NCBI RefSeq assembly: GCF_018350175.1
Contig: NC_058368.1
Span: 163,682,001 to 163,746,000 of the forward strand
Length of the DNA: 64,000 bases
DNA from: Felis catus
Lineage: Eukaryota
Direction: 5' to 3'
Below the pieces are notes generated by a model. The model was not told where the DNA came from. It did not search any database and saw only the letters and a program-made list of their open reading frames with translations. Position numbers and translations under genes: made by a program. Position 1 is the first letter of the stretch. Every line of letters starts with the position of its first letter. Positions 25,190-37,084 of this stretch are shown here, piece by piece.

Positions 25190-26330
25190 TATTCATTCGT
25201 TTATTAATTTAGATAATTTGTGATGATTGATAGTATATGTTCAAGATAACAAATAAGATCCAATAGCTGCTCTCTGGGGTAGGAGCCTCTTGGATAGGAG
25301 ATGGTATGTGCATGATTATAAAAGGATGTGAAAATACTGGGGTGGAGGTAGGCATGGGGAAACAAAGGACAAAAATTGGGAGTTGGGAAGTCAAACTAGG
25401 AAGAGGATCAGCAAGTGTTCTGTGTGAACACTGTGTGTTTTGAAGTAAGGAGTTGGAATTATTAAAGAGAAGAAACAGGGGCCGAACATTGATGCTTCTT
25501 GAATGCCGTGTTAGGAAATTTGGACCACTCAGAACTGGGAGTGGTTTTATGTGGCATTATTAAAGGTTCTTAGTAAGAGAGGAGCTTGATCTGATTTCCC
25601 TTAGGAATGAACACTTTGGTGACAGTGTGGAGGACGAATTAAGAGCAGATCAAAGCCAGGGGAAGGGATATGTATTAGCAGTCAGTTAAAATAACTTAGG
25701 TAATAAATTATAGGAGCCATAACTCAGGCACTAGAAGTAGGAATATATAGATGTATAGATACATTCAAAAGATACTAGGAAGAAGAGGATTTATGCTTTG
25801 AGGACTGATTGTATATGTGGGGTAAAAAAAGGGAGTTAAGGATGATTTCCATTTTTTGCTTGGGTAATTGGTTATGTGACTGGATCATTTGTAATATTAA
25901 TGAACAAGATGGAGGGAACGGGCCTAAGGAAACTGATGATGAATGAATCTTTGGATTTGTTGACTTGGAGGAGCCAGTGGAACACTCAAGTAGAGATTCC
26001 AATTAGCATTTTGATATGTGGGTCTGGACAACATGGAAATAGCTGGGCTGCAAACACATATTTTGGAATTCTTCAGCACACAGAAACAGCTAAAACGTGG
26101 AGGATTAATGAGATCACTTGTAACTTGATTTGTTTGTGAAAGGAAAAGAGAAGAGTCCAATTACACATTTGTGAGGCACACTGACTTTTAAAGGATGATC
26201 ATTTGAAGAGAAGTAAGTAAAACACTTTTGTGAAAACAAACAACTAGAAAAGTAAGAAGAAAACTGAGAGGGTGAAATGTGGAAGCAAAGGGAAGAAATA
26301 ATTGAGAGAAAGGGAGAGAAATTTCCAATT
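25190..26330. mobile_element. Degraded L2 LINE relic
   Basis: L2 motifs 'aacactttggtgacagtgtggagg', 'gagttaaggatgatttcc..ttttgcttgggtaattgg', 'atgagatcac'. Confidence 0.6.
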
Positions 26331-26805
26331 AGACCTAAGCTAGATTTACTCATGCTAGACCTAAGATCTCATGGTGCAGATTTATTTAGATTTTTTATTC
26401 CACCCAATTAATTAAAATAGATGAAAAATCCATTGTGAAGAAAAGCATAGCAAATGCCAAAGAAATTCGTAAGTGACCTCTGAAAAAAATAGCTAAACAA
26501 TTAGTTTTATTTAATGAGTAAAAATGAAGCAAACGAGTAAACCATCTGCAAATTTATTCAGATAGCTTTTTTTGAGGTAAATATTAGGATACGAGTTCAA
26601 ATGTTTTTGAAGTAAATTGCTTATTAATCTTGGTTTGGGCACTCCCTATTGCTGCATCTGAAATGAAAACGAGTGAAGACTATTTAAAGTACCCTAGGGG
26701 TCAACACATTTTAGCTTTAGTGCTATCCAGCATATCTGCCTCAGGAGCTGAAGAAAAGAGCAGTTGTAAAATTTACTGACGCATTTACTAAAGCCAAACA
26801 TCAGC

Positions 26806-27188
26806 TGTATTAGTTTGCTAGGGCTGCCATAACAAAGTAGCACAAGCTGGATGACTTAAACAATAGAAATTTATTTTCTCACAACTCTGGAGGCCAGAAG
26901 ACTGAGGTCAAGATTTAGCAGGGTTGGTTCCTTGTAGCCTCTTTCCTTGACTTGTAGTTGGCCATTTTCTCCTTATTATCTTCACATGGTCTTCCTTCTG
27001 CACAAGACTGTGTCCTAATCTCCTTTTCTTATACACCATTCATACTGAACTGGGATCAACCCTAGTGACCTCACTTTAACTTCATTACCTCTTGAAAGAC
27101 CTGAACTCCAAAGACAGTCACATTTTGAGGTATTGAGAATTATGACTTCAACATACAAGTTTTGGTGGGCACAATTAAGCCCATAACA
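26806..27188 (-). mobile_element. MaLR solo LTR (MLT1A/B-like)
   Basis: 'tgtattagtttgctagggctgccataacaaagt..' to '..cacaattaagcccataaca'; TG...CA termini. Confidence 0.88.
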
Positions 27189-27226
27189 ATCACAAACTCA
27201 ATCTTCTTAAGAATTTTAATTATTTT

Positions 27227-27448
27227 GGGGCGCCTGGGTGGCGCAGTCGGTTGAGCGTCCGACTTCAGCCAGGTCACGATCTCGCGGTCCATGAGTTCGA
27301 GCCCCGCGTCGGGCTCTGGGCTGATGGCTCGGAGCCTGGAGCCTGTTTCCGATTCTGTGTCTCCCTCTCTCTCTGCCCCTCCCCCGTTCATGCTCTGTCT
27401 CTCTCTGTCCCAAAAATAAATAAACGTTGAAAAAAAAATTTTTTTTAA
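27227..27448 (+). mobile_element. Young feline CAN-SINE (SINEC_Fc-like)
   Basis: CpG-rich, near-identical to the 14043 copy; perfect 18-bp TSD aagaattttaattatttt 27209-27226 / 27449-27466. Confidence 0.98.
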
Positions 27449-27659
27449 AAGAATTTTAATTATTTTAATTCCATTTATTGACAGAAAAGGAAGTTTCTTA
27501 CATAACCATGTTTTAAAATTTTTAAGTTTCAATATATATATAAATTTTATCACAGGCATATTTTTGATTATTAATAAAGTACATAACTATGTATGGTGAA
27601 AGAAGCATATTTCACTGATTCACTAGTGGATGCTCTATAGTTGTTATGTAAATCAAGGA

Positions 27660-28082
27660 GTGATTGCATGAGAGGTTAAGGACAGCTACAAATTCGTTGA
27701 CATCCTTCTCATTGAGAGTGTGTATGGGGGGTGTGTCTCATATTAATGTCCTTTCTTTTGAATCTGGGAGGGCTCTATGTCTCCTTTGATCAATATAATA
27801 CAGCAGAAGTTATGCTGTTCTGGGCTTCAGCCTTAAGATGCCGGCAGCTTTCATTCGTGTGTCTTGGTGTATTGGAGGAACCTAGAGGAACCCTGAGCTA
27901 TCATGTAAGGAGTCCACTACCCTGAGACTGCCATACGGGCGAGGTGATGTGTAGGTGATCTGGTCAGCAGTCCTCTTTTAGCCATCCTTGCCAGGCATCG
28001 GATATGTAAGGGAACCCATTTGGGATCTTTCATCTGCCAACTGAATGCCACAAAGTGACCTTGGTCAACCCCACATGGAAAG
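27660..28082 (+). mobile_element. MaLR LTR fragment (MLT1 family)
   Basis: 'ctacaaattcgttgacatccttctcattgagag', 'ccctgagctatcatgtaaggagtccactaccctgagactgccat'. Confidence 0.75.
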
Positions 28083-30194
28083 TTAATACTTGTAGAAATA
28101 TTTTCTACAGACTACTTCCCATCACACCACACTGTCTTCATAGAATAGACATTGTATGTGTTCAAAACTTTGATGGGATAGTATCAGTTGAGAAATTTTT
28201 TGTATGTGATGTGAATTTTGAGGGGATGGTACTCTACTTTTTTCAGGGCAACTGATAAGCCTTAACTCGACATTGGGGGTTCAAAAGGAAACACAGATTT
28301 GCTTCTTCACAGAAATACTGCACTGAGGGAAGTGTATTATATTCAAGCAATATTCTGTGTAAACAGCTAATAAATCAGGAAAAAAAGGGAAAAAAATGTT
28401 AAAAGTAATTTAGCAGCAAATGGGGCATTTGACCTGCAGCTCCCAGATGAATTCTCAAACGACATGAATAATTTATTTTAGGAAGGTGAAATGATATGGG
28501 TTATGTAATGCTTGATGAGAAATTGCAGTTGTAATCGGGGAAATTGCTTCTACTTAGCAGGGTCACCAGCAGAGGAAGAAGCAGTCCCAAGATATCATTT
28601 TCCACCTTGAGAATCTTGGCCAAAGCAGTACCTAAGTGCTTTCTGCCCAGCTGCGAGCCAGCTAGTGTAGCCGAAGTTAGCTTCATTTCCAGAGACCTCA
28701 AAAGCCCTTTGAATATCTAGCACCCAAATGGCCTCTGTGCTATTTTCTGAGAGATGGTGCTCCAATCACAGTTCCTCATCTTAGAGCTGCAGTTACATTT
28801 CCTAGATTTGCACAGATGCAAGGCTCTCCCAAAACTAGGATAAGCTGTCAAGTTATAGGGCAGCTCAGTTGCTCCTTGGAATTAATGCCCTAAGGGACAA
28901 GCACTCCATAGAGCATTTTGAGAGCTGACAGCTTAGTGTTGGCAGCTGAATTTTGACATTTTGGGCTATTATCAAAACTCTCTCAAACAGCTGAAACTGT
29001 AGGTATGTGACAGTTAAGCCTTCTGTGAAGCATGTTTATTTGGCAGGAAGAATGCTATCAGTGCCTTATTATTCTATTATCCTGTGCATTTCAGTGGCTT
29101 TTTGTTCATCGGCTAAAACTAATGCATTGTTGAGATATCTAAAATGACAATATAAATACAGAGCCATAGTTTTAGCCTCAAGACCATGTTCAATTTGAAG
29201 ATATTGCCTTCCCACTTCAAAATATTTAGTTGGAAAAATTTACCACTGAGTTTCTGAGAAGTGTAAAAAGCCATACAAGATTGCACATATTTAGTGGTCT
29301 CTGAAAAAGCTTACACTTTGTCCTTCCCCCATGGACTTAGAAGGATGTAATGAAAAACCGTATTTCTTCCCAAGCTACAGCTGACATACTTGGATATGTT
29401 GGTGTCTGAAAACATATTTTATCAAAATAAGGAGCTGAGAGGTGAAGGTTTAAAAAAAAAAAAAAACTCAGTGTGGTCCTCTTAATTTTCATTCCATTAA
29501 ATGCTGAAAAAAAAATCAATGTCTGGCAAATGTAAAAGGACAGAGTTAAAAGAGCCATTTGGAGGAGAGAGTCAGAAAAGGAAGAGTACAGATTTTTTGT
29601 AATAGCAAAAGGAGAAATAATTATCCCGTAATTATATTAACATCCTATATACAGTATATATATTTTTAACAAAGAGAAAAATGAAATTACATTACCAACA
29701 GTAAAAAGAATATGGCTCTTTTTTTTCTAGAAAAAGTGGTTTAAAACACAATCTCTTTATCTTTCTTGGAAAACCACACCTCACTCCTCCACGATAACCA
29801 TCAAGGCAATTCAAAGACTTAAATTTGGTCTCAGCTCCAGCAGAACCTTCACCAAAGAATGTAGCAAAGAATCCTATCTTACACGTAAACATTGGAAAAG
29901 CACAAGGTGAAACATGTCATGAAAGTAACTAACCCAAACAAATCCCCCTGCTTGCTACAAATTCAATGTGAAATTGTAGAAATCTTTGATGTCCTCTGAT
30001 TCATGACCAAAAACTGAATTTGATAAAACATCTCTGATATGAGTCATGGTCATATTTTCCATGTGTATTTATAACACCAGTCAGTCTATTCAGTAAATAC
30101 AACTTCTCAAAACAATTCTTAGGGGAAAAACAAACAAAGATGTTTTGTGGGATTTTACTCATGAGTTAAGTTTTCAGAGACACAGATTTTGAAA

Positions 30195-30322
30195 AAAAAT
30201 TTTATTTTATTATAATTTATTGTCAAGTTGGATAACATACAGTGTATACAGTGTGCTCTTGCTTTTGGGGGTAGACTCCCATGATTCATCGCTTACATAC
30301 AACACCCAGTGCTCATCCCAAC
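30195..30322 (-). mobile_element. Very short carnivore L1 3'-end insertion
   Basis: 'aatttattgtcaagttgg...tacaacacccagtgctcatcccaac'; TSD cagagacacagatt / cagagtcacagatt. Confidence 0.85.
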
Positions 30323-30399
30323 TACAGAGTCACAGATTGTAAATTAATCAGTGCCCCAGTCTGATATGTCGGCTAAATTGTATGGTAGTTTTGCAATGA

Positions 30400-30715
30400 C
30401 ACTGATAATAAATAATAGCAACAATAGCATCTAGAACTTAATGTGTATGATATGCTAGGCATGGTTCTAAGCTGCATACACACATACACACACACACACC
30501 ATTCATTCACATATACATGTGTCCATAGATACATATATATAATATTTAATCTTCAAAACGGATCCTTGAATTGTTAGATGCTATTATCCCCATTTTTCAG
30601 AAGAAATAGAGGCTCAAAGAGTTTAAATAATTTGTACAGGGCCACACAGTGGTAAGGTTGATATTTAAGTCTGGACCATCTAACTATAAAGGCTGTGCTA
30701 CTTCCTTGTCACTAT
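30400..30715 (-). mobile_element. MIR interrupted by a (CA)-rich tract
   Basis: 'tgctaggcatggttctaagc...tattatccccatttttcagaagaaatagaggctcaaagag'. Confidence 0.7.
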
Positions 30716-31542
30716 GTTATAGTGCCCTTTGGTTGAGTTGCTTGGACATTTACATGTTGAAATATATTCATTCAAAGTTTACCTGAGGCACAGAAACCTC
30801 AAAATTCCTTATGAGTTTCTTCAAAAATGTAGCTAATATAGTGAAGAGGAATAACCACAATAGAAGTGATATTTCCAATGCTTCCATATAAAAATGTCTG
30901 GAGGCAGAGCTGATAATGGAAAAATATTGATTGTGAGTTTAAAAGGTGATGAACTTCAAGACTGATAACAGCCAAATTTATATCCTTAAATTTTCCTTCT
31001 CATATTTGCAAATGTCCCTTTCCACATTTGAAAAGCTAGTTTTTAGAAGTGATGACAGAAGTATTACAGAGTCAGCCCTAATGACAGCTGTTAGCTCAGA
31101 TTAGTGCAAGTAAAAATTTCTCTCAGTTTCTGCTGCACATCTGTTATAATTTTTTTTAATCTGTGGATAGTAGGCTATAGGATGGTGTACAGGACTTTTT
31201 CCTATATATAAAATATTCTTCTGTATTTGCTTTTTTATGAGTTTGCCTCATTTCCTGAAAGTTTTTCCGTTAATGCATTATAACTGCTTAGCTTCAAGCA
31301 GACACCGAGGAGTAAATAAAAATAGGAATGCTTCCCTCAAGTAAAATAAAGATTTATTTGGACTTAAAAATAGCTTAGCTTCATTATTTTTATATATAAA
31401 GTGAGTTTTCTATATCATCATGTACTTCTGAACCTTAGAGTGCTTTATTATAGCTATTAATTGCAATATTAAGATAAACTATGTTTGAGAAGAAAGTTCT
31501 CACTTTATCTTGAGACTACTGTCTCAAGAGACTTGAGACTAC

Positions 31543-31728
31543 TGGGTGACTCATTTTGTCAAGTGCTGAGCTTAATTTCAGCTCAGATTATGATCTTGTG
31601 GTTTGTGGGGTTGAGCCCCATGTTGAAATCCAAACAGAGCCTGCTTGGGACTCTCTCTCTCTCTCTCTCTCTCTTCTACCCCTCTCTCTAAAAAAATAAA
31701 TAAAACATTTTCAAAAAAGCAAAAACAA
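31543..31728 (+). mobile_element. Degraded CAN-SINE
   Basis: 'tgggtgactca...tcagctcagattatgatcttgtggtttgtggggttgagcccc', (CT)n, A tail. Confidence 0.85.
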
Positions 31729-31820
31729 AGAATAAGCTAATTGGGTGGCCAAAGTAGAAGACCTTTTGATTGCTTAATTTTTGTCTTTGCCAAAGGGCTT
31801 TTAGTAAAGGCTTTTAAACA

Positions 31821-31822
<2 letters not shown>

Positions 31823-31871
<49 letters not shown>
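31823..31871. repeat. (TG)n microsatellite
   Basis: Direct read. Confidence 0.98.
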
Positions 31872-31876
<5 letters not shown>

Positions 31877-32633
31877 CACCTCCTTATTTACATTTGTCAC
31901 TATCCAGAGAGAATGGAGCTTTATTTGGAATTTCTACTGAAGGAAGTGACTTTGAGTAATATCACCATCAGTCTTTTCTTAATCTCTGATCCGTGCAGCT
32001 CTCTTAGTGACAGCTGCAACTGTCATTCCACCACCCGTGAGCTGCCTTGGGTCACGTGGTCAATGTAGCGCTAGGGAAGGACTGTAATAGAGGTAATGTT
32101 TTCGATGTTTCAGATACAAAAATGTCTGGAGGCAGAGCTGGTAATGGGAAAATATTGATTTGTGAGTTGAGGCTCATCAGGACTGATAATAGCCACCTTT
32201 ACACTTCAAGAGCTTCCACAAAGTCTGGCTTCTGGCCAATTCTGGCTCTATTGAGAAGGCAGCCATGAGAAATGAAAAGTCTATGGGTTTACACCCAGGC
32301 TCTAAAAGTTCTCAAATTCCATTCCATATGGCATGAGAAATTTGAAATTTGTTTCTAGGAATCTAACCCTCAGTCTCCTTGCCACTAAATTAGGAATAAA
32401 GCTATATACTTTTATTTTTTTCCAAGGACTAAAATGAGATGAAAAACTATGAAACGTTCTGGGTCTCTCAATAAATAGACCTATTTTTAGTTTGCTAGTA
32501 GTGTGACAACAATGACCATTTTTAGAATGATGATGAAAATAGAAAAGTAGATACTGACCAAGATCTATCTTTGTTGGGTCAAGAAAATTGTGTGTTTGTT
32601 AGAGGACTCTTTCCTTGTGGAATTCATAACACT

Positions 32634-32780
32634 TAGCATTTTTCAAAGCATGGTCCACAGACCACCTGCATCAGAATCACTTAGAGTATTTGGCAAAAAA
32701 AATCAGTAACCTGTCTCTATACTGAACTTATGGAATCAAGAAGAATTTTTTCCCCATATACTAAAGTTTGAGAAGCATTG
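32634..32780. mobile_element. MER5-like hAT MITE
   Basis: 'ttcaaagcatggtccacagaccacctgcatcagaatcac...ctaaagtttgagaagcattg' with TIR-like ends. Confidence 0.75.
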
Positions 32781-32829
32781 CCTCACCATACCTGTATTTG
32801 TATCATTTATATCTATACCTATATTATGT

Positions 32830-33050
32830 AGAGTGCTTTATACTTATAAATCATAAATCACTTCCACACTTAGGATGTCATCTGACTCTCAGAGAATTCT
32901 TGTTAGATATAAAGAACAGTTCACATCTCGTTTTTATACATGGGGAAACTTGATCTAGAGAAGTAAATTTCTCACCCAAGGTTCAAAGACATTAAGAGGC
33001 AGAACTTAGGTCTGCATTCAGGGTTTCTTGTCCAGTTCTCTACACTACAC
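32830..33050 (-). mobile_element. MIR relic
   Basis: 'tttttatacatggggaaacttgatctagagaagtaaatttctcacccaaggt'. Confidence 0.6.
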
Positions 33051-33429
33051 AGAGGATGTTAGCTGCAGATAGTTTGGGGCTGCAGGTGAGTCTTGCTACT
33101 CTACAATACTTTATTCTATAATCATTGGAGATATATCAAAGATTTTTAAGTAATAAAATGACTTAATGAAATCTGTGTTCTAGGAAATAGCCTAGAGAAT
33201 GGTTTGGAGAGAGGAAAAACTGGGAGTGAATTGGGAGACCTGTGCTGTCTTTACCTCATTAGCATTGTGTGTGTGTGTGGGGGGTGACTTACACCAAAGT
33301 TCCCAAGTTGCATTCTAGAAGGCACTGGAAAGGAAAAAAAATTTGGAATAAGACCTAGTTATGAAACAAGGAAGTGGTTCTTTATGGTACTTACTGAATT
33401 TTAACATTAATAACATTAATATGGCTGTC

Positions 33430-33565
33430 TCCCCTGATAAGTTGTGAACTCTGAATACAGCCATGTTTTGTTCGTCTTTGTATCCATAGAACGTAGTTTT
33501 GTATTGACCATATGGTTCCATTTAAACATGTTTGTTGTTTGTGTAATAAACTTGAGTGAATGAGG
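33430..33565 (+). mobile_element. L2 3'-end fragment
   Basis: 'ttgtgaactc..ccatgttttgttcgtctttgtatcc...tgagtgaatga'. Confidence 0.55.
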
Positions 33566-33619
33566 TAAAAACTTTTTTACATTGTCAAATATAAATTATT
33601 GTTTGTATACATAGCTCAT

Positions 33620-33840
33620 TTTTATACTCTTAATATATGCCAACATAAATTGGTATGTTTAGGTATACTCATTTGATCATCATAACCACCCTATTATAAA
33701 AACCTCCTTTTTACACATAAGAATCACAGAGTGGTTAAGTAACAACCAAGGTCAGTTACTTGACTAAGATCTAGTCCTAGTGGAATTGGGATTTGAATTA
33801 GGTAGCCTGGTTCCAAAGCCTCATCATGCCACATTATACT
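33620..33840 (-). mobile_element. MIR
   Basis: 'ctcatttgatcatcataaccaccctat...gtggttaagtaacaaccaaggtca...gggatttgaa'. Confidence 0.65.
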
Positions 33841-33889
33841 CCTCCATTTATCATTATGTTTCAAATGCTTATCACTTGTGACATTATAT

Positions 33890-34290
33890 CGTATTGGCGT
33901 AAAATGGAGTTTAATAGGTATACCATATGCCATTATAACACTAAAATATCAGTGGCTTGACCCAATGAAAGTTTATTTCCTACTCAAAGTTTGGTGTGGC
34001 TTAGATGACTTTCCTCTTTGGCTCTCCTCCAAAAGATGACTCAGCGACCTGGGCTGCTTTCATCTTGTAACTATGCCAGCTGGAACAGGTATCCTCCAGG
34101 GTTCAGTAGGCAGGGGAAGAGAAATGAAGGAGGCACATCAGCTCTTAATGTCTTGGTCCTAAAGGTCACATGTTGCATCCATACATATTTCATTGGACAG
34201 CACTATTCACACAGCCCCAGTTAACTGAAAGGAAGACTGGGAAATGTAGAGGAGCAAATGGACTTATGGTGAGCACTAATAATTTTTCCC
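33890..34290 (-). mobile_element. Old MaLR LTR (MLT1J/K-like)
   Basis: 'aaaatatcagtggcttga..aaagtttatttc', 'atttcattggacagcact', 'gactgggaaatgtag'. Confidence 0.65.
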
Positions 34291-34349
34291 ATAATAAAGA
34301 ATAGGATAATAAATACATAAAAATAAAACGTGGGAAGCAATGTGTTTTA

Positions 34350-34548
34350 TTTTAGCCCTGGCTCTACTACAAATTGGTTCAATGATCCTGATAATGTAAT
34401 TCACTTACTTTAATCAGTTTCATCATGCATAAAATGGGCACAATGAGTGAAACACAACTCATGGGGTTGTTGAGAGGATTAAGTGAGATAATAGAGGTAA
34501 TAACCACAGCATATTGGTGGATGCAAAACAAATTCCCAATATATTATA
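34350..34548 (+). mobile_element. MIR
   Basis: 'cagtttcatcatgcataaaatggg...gggttgttgagaggattaagtgagataat'. Confidence 0.7.
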
Positions 34549-34553
34549 GTCAT

Positions 34554-34885
34554 TGTATTAGTCCAGGTTCTCCCAAAAAAAGAGGATCAATATAGGTTAT
34601 ATATCAACATAGAGAGATTGATTTAAGATAAGGAATTGGTTCACATAATTATGGAGGCCAGTAAGTCCAAATCTGCAATTTGAGTTCAAGGTCCAGAAGC
34701 TACTGCAGAACCATGAAGAGATGATGTTCTAATTGGAATGTCATCAGGCAGGAGAATTCTCTGTTACTAAGAGAGCGGTCAGTCATTTATTTTGTTCAGG
34801 CCTTCAACTGATTGGGTGTGGCCCACCCACATTGGGGAGGTTAATTTTCTTTAGCCAGATGATTGGTTTAAATGTTAATCTTAAC

Positions 34886-34936
<51 letters not shown>

Positions 34937-35010
34937 CTAGAATAATGTTTGACCAAATAACTGGGCAGCCTATGACCCTGTAAAGTTGACACATAAAATT
35001 AACCACCACA
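34554..35010 (-). mobile_element. ERVL solo LTR (MLT2-like) containing (CA)n at 34889-34933
   Basis: 'tgtattagtccaggttctcc...aagttgacacataaaattaaccaccaca'; 5-bp TSD gtcat 34549-34553 / gccat 35011-35015. Confidence 0.88.
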
Positions 35011-35012
35011 GC

Positions 35013-35013
<1 letters not shown>

Positions 35014-35057
<44 letters not shown>
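35014..35057. repeat. (ATT)n microsatellite
   Basis: Direct read. Confidence 0.97.
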
Positions 35058-35060
<3 letters not shown>

Positions 35061-35154
35061 GTCTATATTAAGTTTTCTTGTTCTTTGGTGAAATTCTTTT
35101 TTTCTCAACCATTTGTTTTTTCTTTTTAAAGACTCACATTAAAAATTCCTCTCA

Positions 35155-35270
35155 GGAGCACCCTGCTGGCTCAGTCAATAGATCATGTGACCCTTGATCT
35201 CAGGGTGATGAGTTCAAGCCCCACATTGAGTCTGGAGCTTACTTAAAATTAAAAAAATAATAATTAAAAT
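35155..35270 (+). mobile_element. Short tRNA-Lys-like carnivore SINE lacking the (CT)n body
   Basis: Aligns by eye to tRNA-Lys(CTT) (A box 'tggctcagtcaa', B box 'agttcaagcc'), then 'gagcttacttaaaa' and A tail; TSD aaaaattcctc. Confidence 0.85.
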
Positions 35271-36636
35271 AAAAATTCCTCCCAGATTAGCAATAGATAC
35301 TCAAATAATTTGACACCTATGAGTAAAGGCAAGATTTTGGTGCCCAGAGAGAACAGATCAAGTTGGTAGCTGTCTTACTAGACCACCATGTCAATAGTCC
35401 AACAGCCACCATGAACAAGCAGACAGTTCCTTTAAAGGGATGTCGCACAGAAGGCCGAAAGCAAAATTGTCTCTTCTATCTTTTGGCCTTTCTCTTCCTC
35501 GTTACCATGTCTGTAGTAACCATTTTGGTATTATTTTTTATTTATACACTGTAGTATTTAGTTCAATTTTAGCTAGACTTTCACAATCCTGTTAAAGCTA
35601 CTTGCTTCTATAATCCTCAATCTCACATTTAGCAATGTCTTTATTGACACAGTCTCCAAACAATCAGCCAAGACAAGGAGGAAGAAAATCTGCCAAAAGT
35701 GTTGGAGTTGTGCAAAGAAAGCAATCAGCTGATTGACTTAATTTCTCCCTTTTCAGCTGGTTGTCATCATAGAGACACAGATGAAGAGATATTCCAGAGC
35801 CAAGTTCATCTCTGCAATACATTGGAGAGACACAAAAAGCCTGGAAAGACATTGTGTTCTTGGTGCCCAGAAGTCTAGCAGACACAGGCTTTGTCAAAAT
35901 GGCGGAGGAAATAAATTCCAAACACATGGCGCTTTCTAGGAAAATGCCTTCTAATTTTTGGAAAATTCAGCTGGAAACTTCCTTTAAGAGAATTCATGCT
36001 GGGTATGCACACTTAAGCCAGTTAACCTGCAGAACTGAATCTACCAGTCAATTGATAATTATTATTAAATAGTTGTTTGAACTGACAGAATTTCTGGCCA
36101 GTAAGTCTTTGAGCCCAGACAAGCAGTATAGGTAATGAGGAAGGGTTAATTGCTATATAGTCTTGTTTCTTAGAGAGTCTCCCAAAGTATATAGAGTAAC
36201 TTTGTTTATAGGTTGCTCAACTGGTGTGGGTCCATCAGGAAGGAGACCTCAGAGTGCACAGTTCTTGATTTGCATATTGACCTGCACTGTGATTATTATG
36301 CCTCTGCATGGGTAGCACATACATCAACTGCAGGAATATAAAAATGTGAATTGTATGAAAATCATATACTATCTACTGATTTTTTGTAGTTACTACAATT
36401 TATCACAGAAAAGAGTCTACAAACCTAAATGGAAAGGATTATTAAAATATGCAAATTTACTAATCTATCACTTAATTTAGTCCTAGTCAGGGGAGAAAAT
36501 ATGCCACTTCAAACAATTTACACTCTTTGCTATGTGGATGTACATTTTTTATGAATTTCTGTGTGGACTCATAAATGTGTATTTTAAGTTCTCTCAGAAG
36601 TTTTTGTGTAAAGCCAGGTTAAATAAAGGAAGATTC

Positions 36637-37030
36637 TGTTTCTACTACTTACAACACTTCTGACACCAAATGTGTGGGTTTTCCACATCAAGAAATTCTC
36701 CAGTTTTCTGTGGACACCACGTGGATGTCCTGTCATCTACAATTTAATTTATCCAGACACAAACTACCCGGAGTTGGCACAGACCAGCTATGTTTAGGGA
36801 TCTGGCTCACCTGGTTGTGCCCACTTCAGACCCTAGGTATAGGTCCCACCTGTACTTGTGGGACTTTTCACCTGTATTTCTGACCAACTTACTGTACTTC
36901 AGGGTTCCCATACCCCCACCCCAGGTTCATTCATGTGCTATAACAGCTCATATAACTCAGAGAAACTCTTACTTACACTCATTGGTTTATTATAAAGCAT
37001 GTAATAAAGAACACAAAGGAAGATTTAATA
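36637..37030. mobile_element. MER21-like LTR fragment
   Basis: 'acacttctgacaccaaatgtgtggg...aattctcc...ggacacc...aactacccggagtt'. Confidence 0.7.
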
Positions 37031-37084
37031 AGTGGTCATAAAAGATACACAGACTTAGGATTCAGTGGTCAAGTTGTGGCTGCT

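Noticed and set aside
30945..30966. C/D-box snoRNA (gtgatga...ctga)
   Set aside because: Boxes are only ~10 nt apart with no terminal stem, and the C box is not kept in the duplicate copy.
35155..35235. Functional tRNA-Lys gene
   Set aside because: Mutated stems, A tail and TSD indicate a retroposed SINE.
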